IMG/VR virus record: IMGVR_UViG_3300035156_000125
Coordinates: 1-56,623 of that record
Length of the DNA stretch: 56,623 nucleotides
Reading direction: 5' to 3' (one strand)
Origin: a virus
Taxonomy: Duplodnaviria; Caudoviricetes
Shown here: positions 55,982-56,623 of the stretch, in pieces
Position numbering within the stretch: the first letter of the stretch is position 1
How the letters are laid out: each line of letters opens with the position of its first letter
Made by a program: the position numbers and the translations under genes
The notes under the pieces: model-generated
The model's database searches: none
Told to the model about the DNA's origin: nothing
The model's input: the letters and a program-made list of their open reading frames with translations, nothing else

Positions 55982-56623
55982 TACGGATTATAGATGATTA
56001 CGTCGGCAACATACAATGAAGCCGTCTGACTTGCCTCCGAATTTTTTAGCGATATTGTTAGTAATGGGTTGGCTGAAAAGTCGAATGTAAAAGGAACTAT
56101 TTCGGTTGTTGCGACGCCATAACCAACATTGGTTGGGCTGTCAACCGCACCAACAATGAACTGATTTGTCAACGACCCGGCAAAGAACAAACTGGTTGTG
56201 TAATTACCGACCTGACCGAGCGATTGACTAACCTCTGCTATGATCGTACTGCCTATTCTTACCCTGCATTGTATAGCCTGGAAAACAAAGCTGATCTGAA
56301 TTTTACTGTTTACTGTTAGCTGGGTGAACTCTATCGCTTTGGTGAATAAGACTACGTGCGATGTGCTGCCTGTTGCGGTGCCAGTTACGTGGCTTAATCC
56401 GTAAAGTCTCGGGTTGATACTGTTCTTTGTACCAATAAATTTATGTGCGCCGTAATCCCCGTCACCATCATAAAAATATTTCGATACTGCACCGTTGTTT
56501 TGTTCATCTATAGCGACGGTAATTATTTTTCGCTGTTCACTTGTAGCTTCATCTACATAAGCAGGGTAATCAGCAACGGACACGGCTTTGTAAGCCTCTT
56601 TGGATAGAATGCCAGAGTTACCG
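55981..56623 (-). CDS. Tail-block protein, 5' end truncated by the window edge
   Basis: Frame open from 56622 (GNSGILSKEAYKAVSVADY...). Confidence 0.7.
   Translation of the reverse strand, partial: GNSGILSKEAYKAVSVADYPAYVDEATSEQRKIITVAIDEQNNGAVSKYFYDGDGDYGAHKFIGTKNSINPRLYGLSHVTGTATGSTSHVVLFTKAIEFTQLTVNSKIQISFVFQAIQCRVRIGSTIIAEVSQSLGQVGNYTTSLFFAGSLTNQFIVGAVDSPTNVGYGVATTEIVPFTFDFSANPLLTISLKNSEASQTASLYVADVIIYNP

Larger units (their letters stand above)
1..56623. mobile_element. Temperate tailed phage genome of a Bacteroidota host, probably complete and circularly permuted
   Basis: Head, tail, lysis, replication, repressor and integrase modules all present; no host genes; tail block continues across the two ends; uninterrupted attP-like region. 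Confidence 0.93.

Noticed and set aside
1-56623. CRISPR array, DGR/retron, intact tRNA genes, alternative genetic code
   Set aside because: No repeat-spacer array, reverse transcriptase or full cloverleaf seen; genes tile well in the standard code with all three stops in use

Overview
The window appears to be the whole ~56.6 kb genome of a temperate siphovirus-like phage of a Bacteroidota host, opened inside a tail gene. Host inference rests on TAnnTTTG-type promoters, A-rich SD-less starts and signal peptides cleaved before Gln. Almost all genes are on the minus strand. Read from high to low coordinates they run: cro-like early operon (Sak4-like ATPase, SSB, NinB-like, DNA methyltransferase), replication initiator plus DnaB, terminase, portal, protease, HK97-type capsid, neck and tail, tape measure, then a fibre/depolymerase block that wraps through the window ends into the lysis cassette. 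The repressor, an intact attP and a tyrosine integrase lie on the plus strand at 42.5-45 kb. The most unusual features are: (1) an orphan CheY-like receiver domain heading the holin-like/u-spanin/endolysin cassette; (2) three Sec-signal-peptide glycan-active proteins inside the late tail block; (3) five late promoters sharing TAACA-N10-TGTTA-N33-TA; (4) a likely +1 frameshift at UCC-UAA that adds an FN3 domain to the major tail protein; (5) a domain shared by the head-tail adaptor and a tail fibre; (6) several candidate cis-antisense or structured RNAs at the immunity, replication and lysis checkpoints. Protein family calls come from motif recognition by eye; no searches were run.
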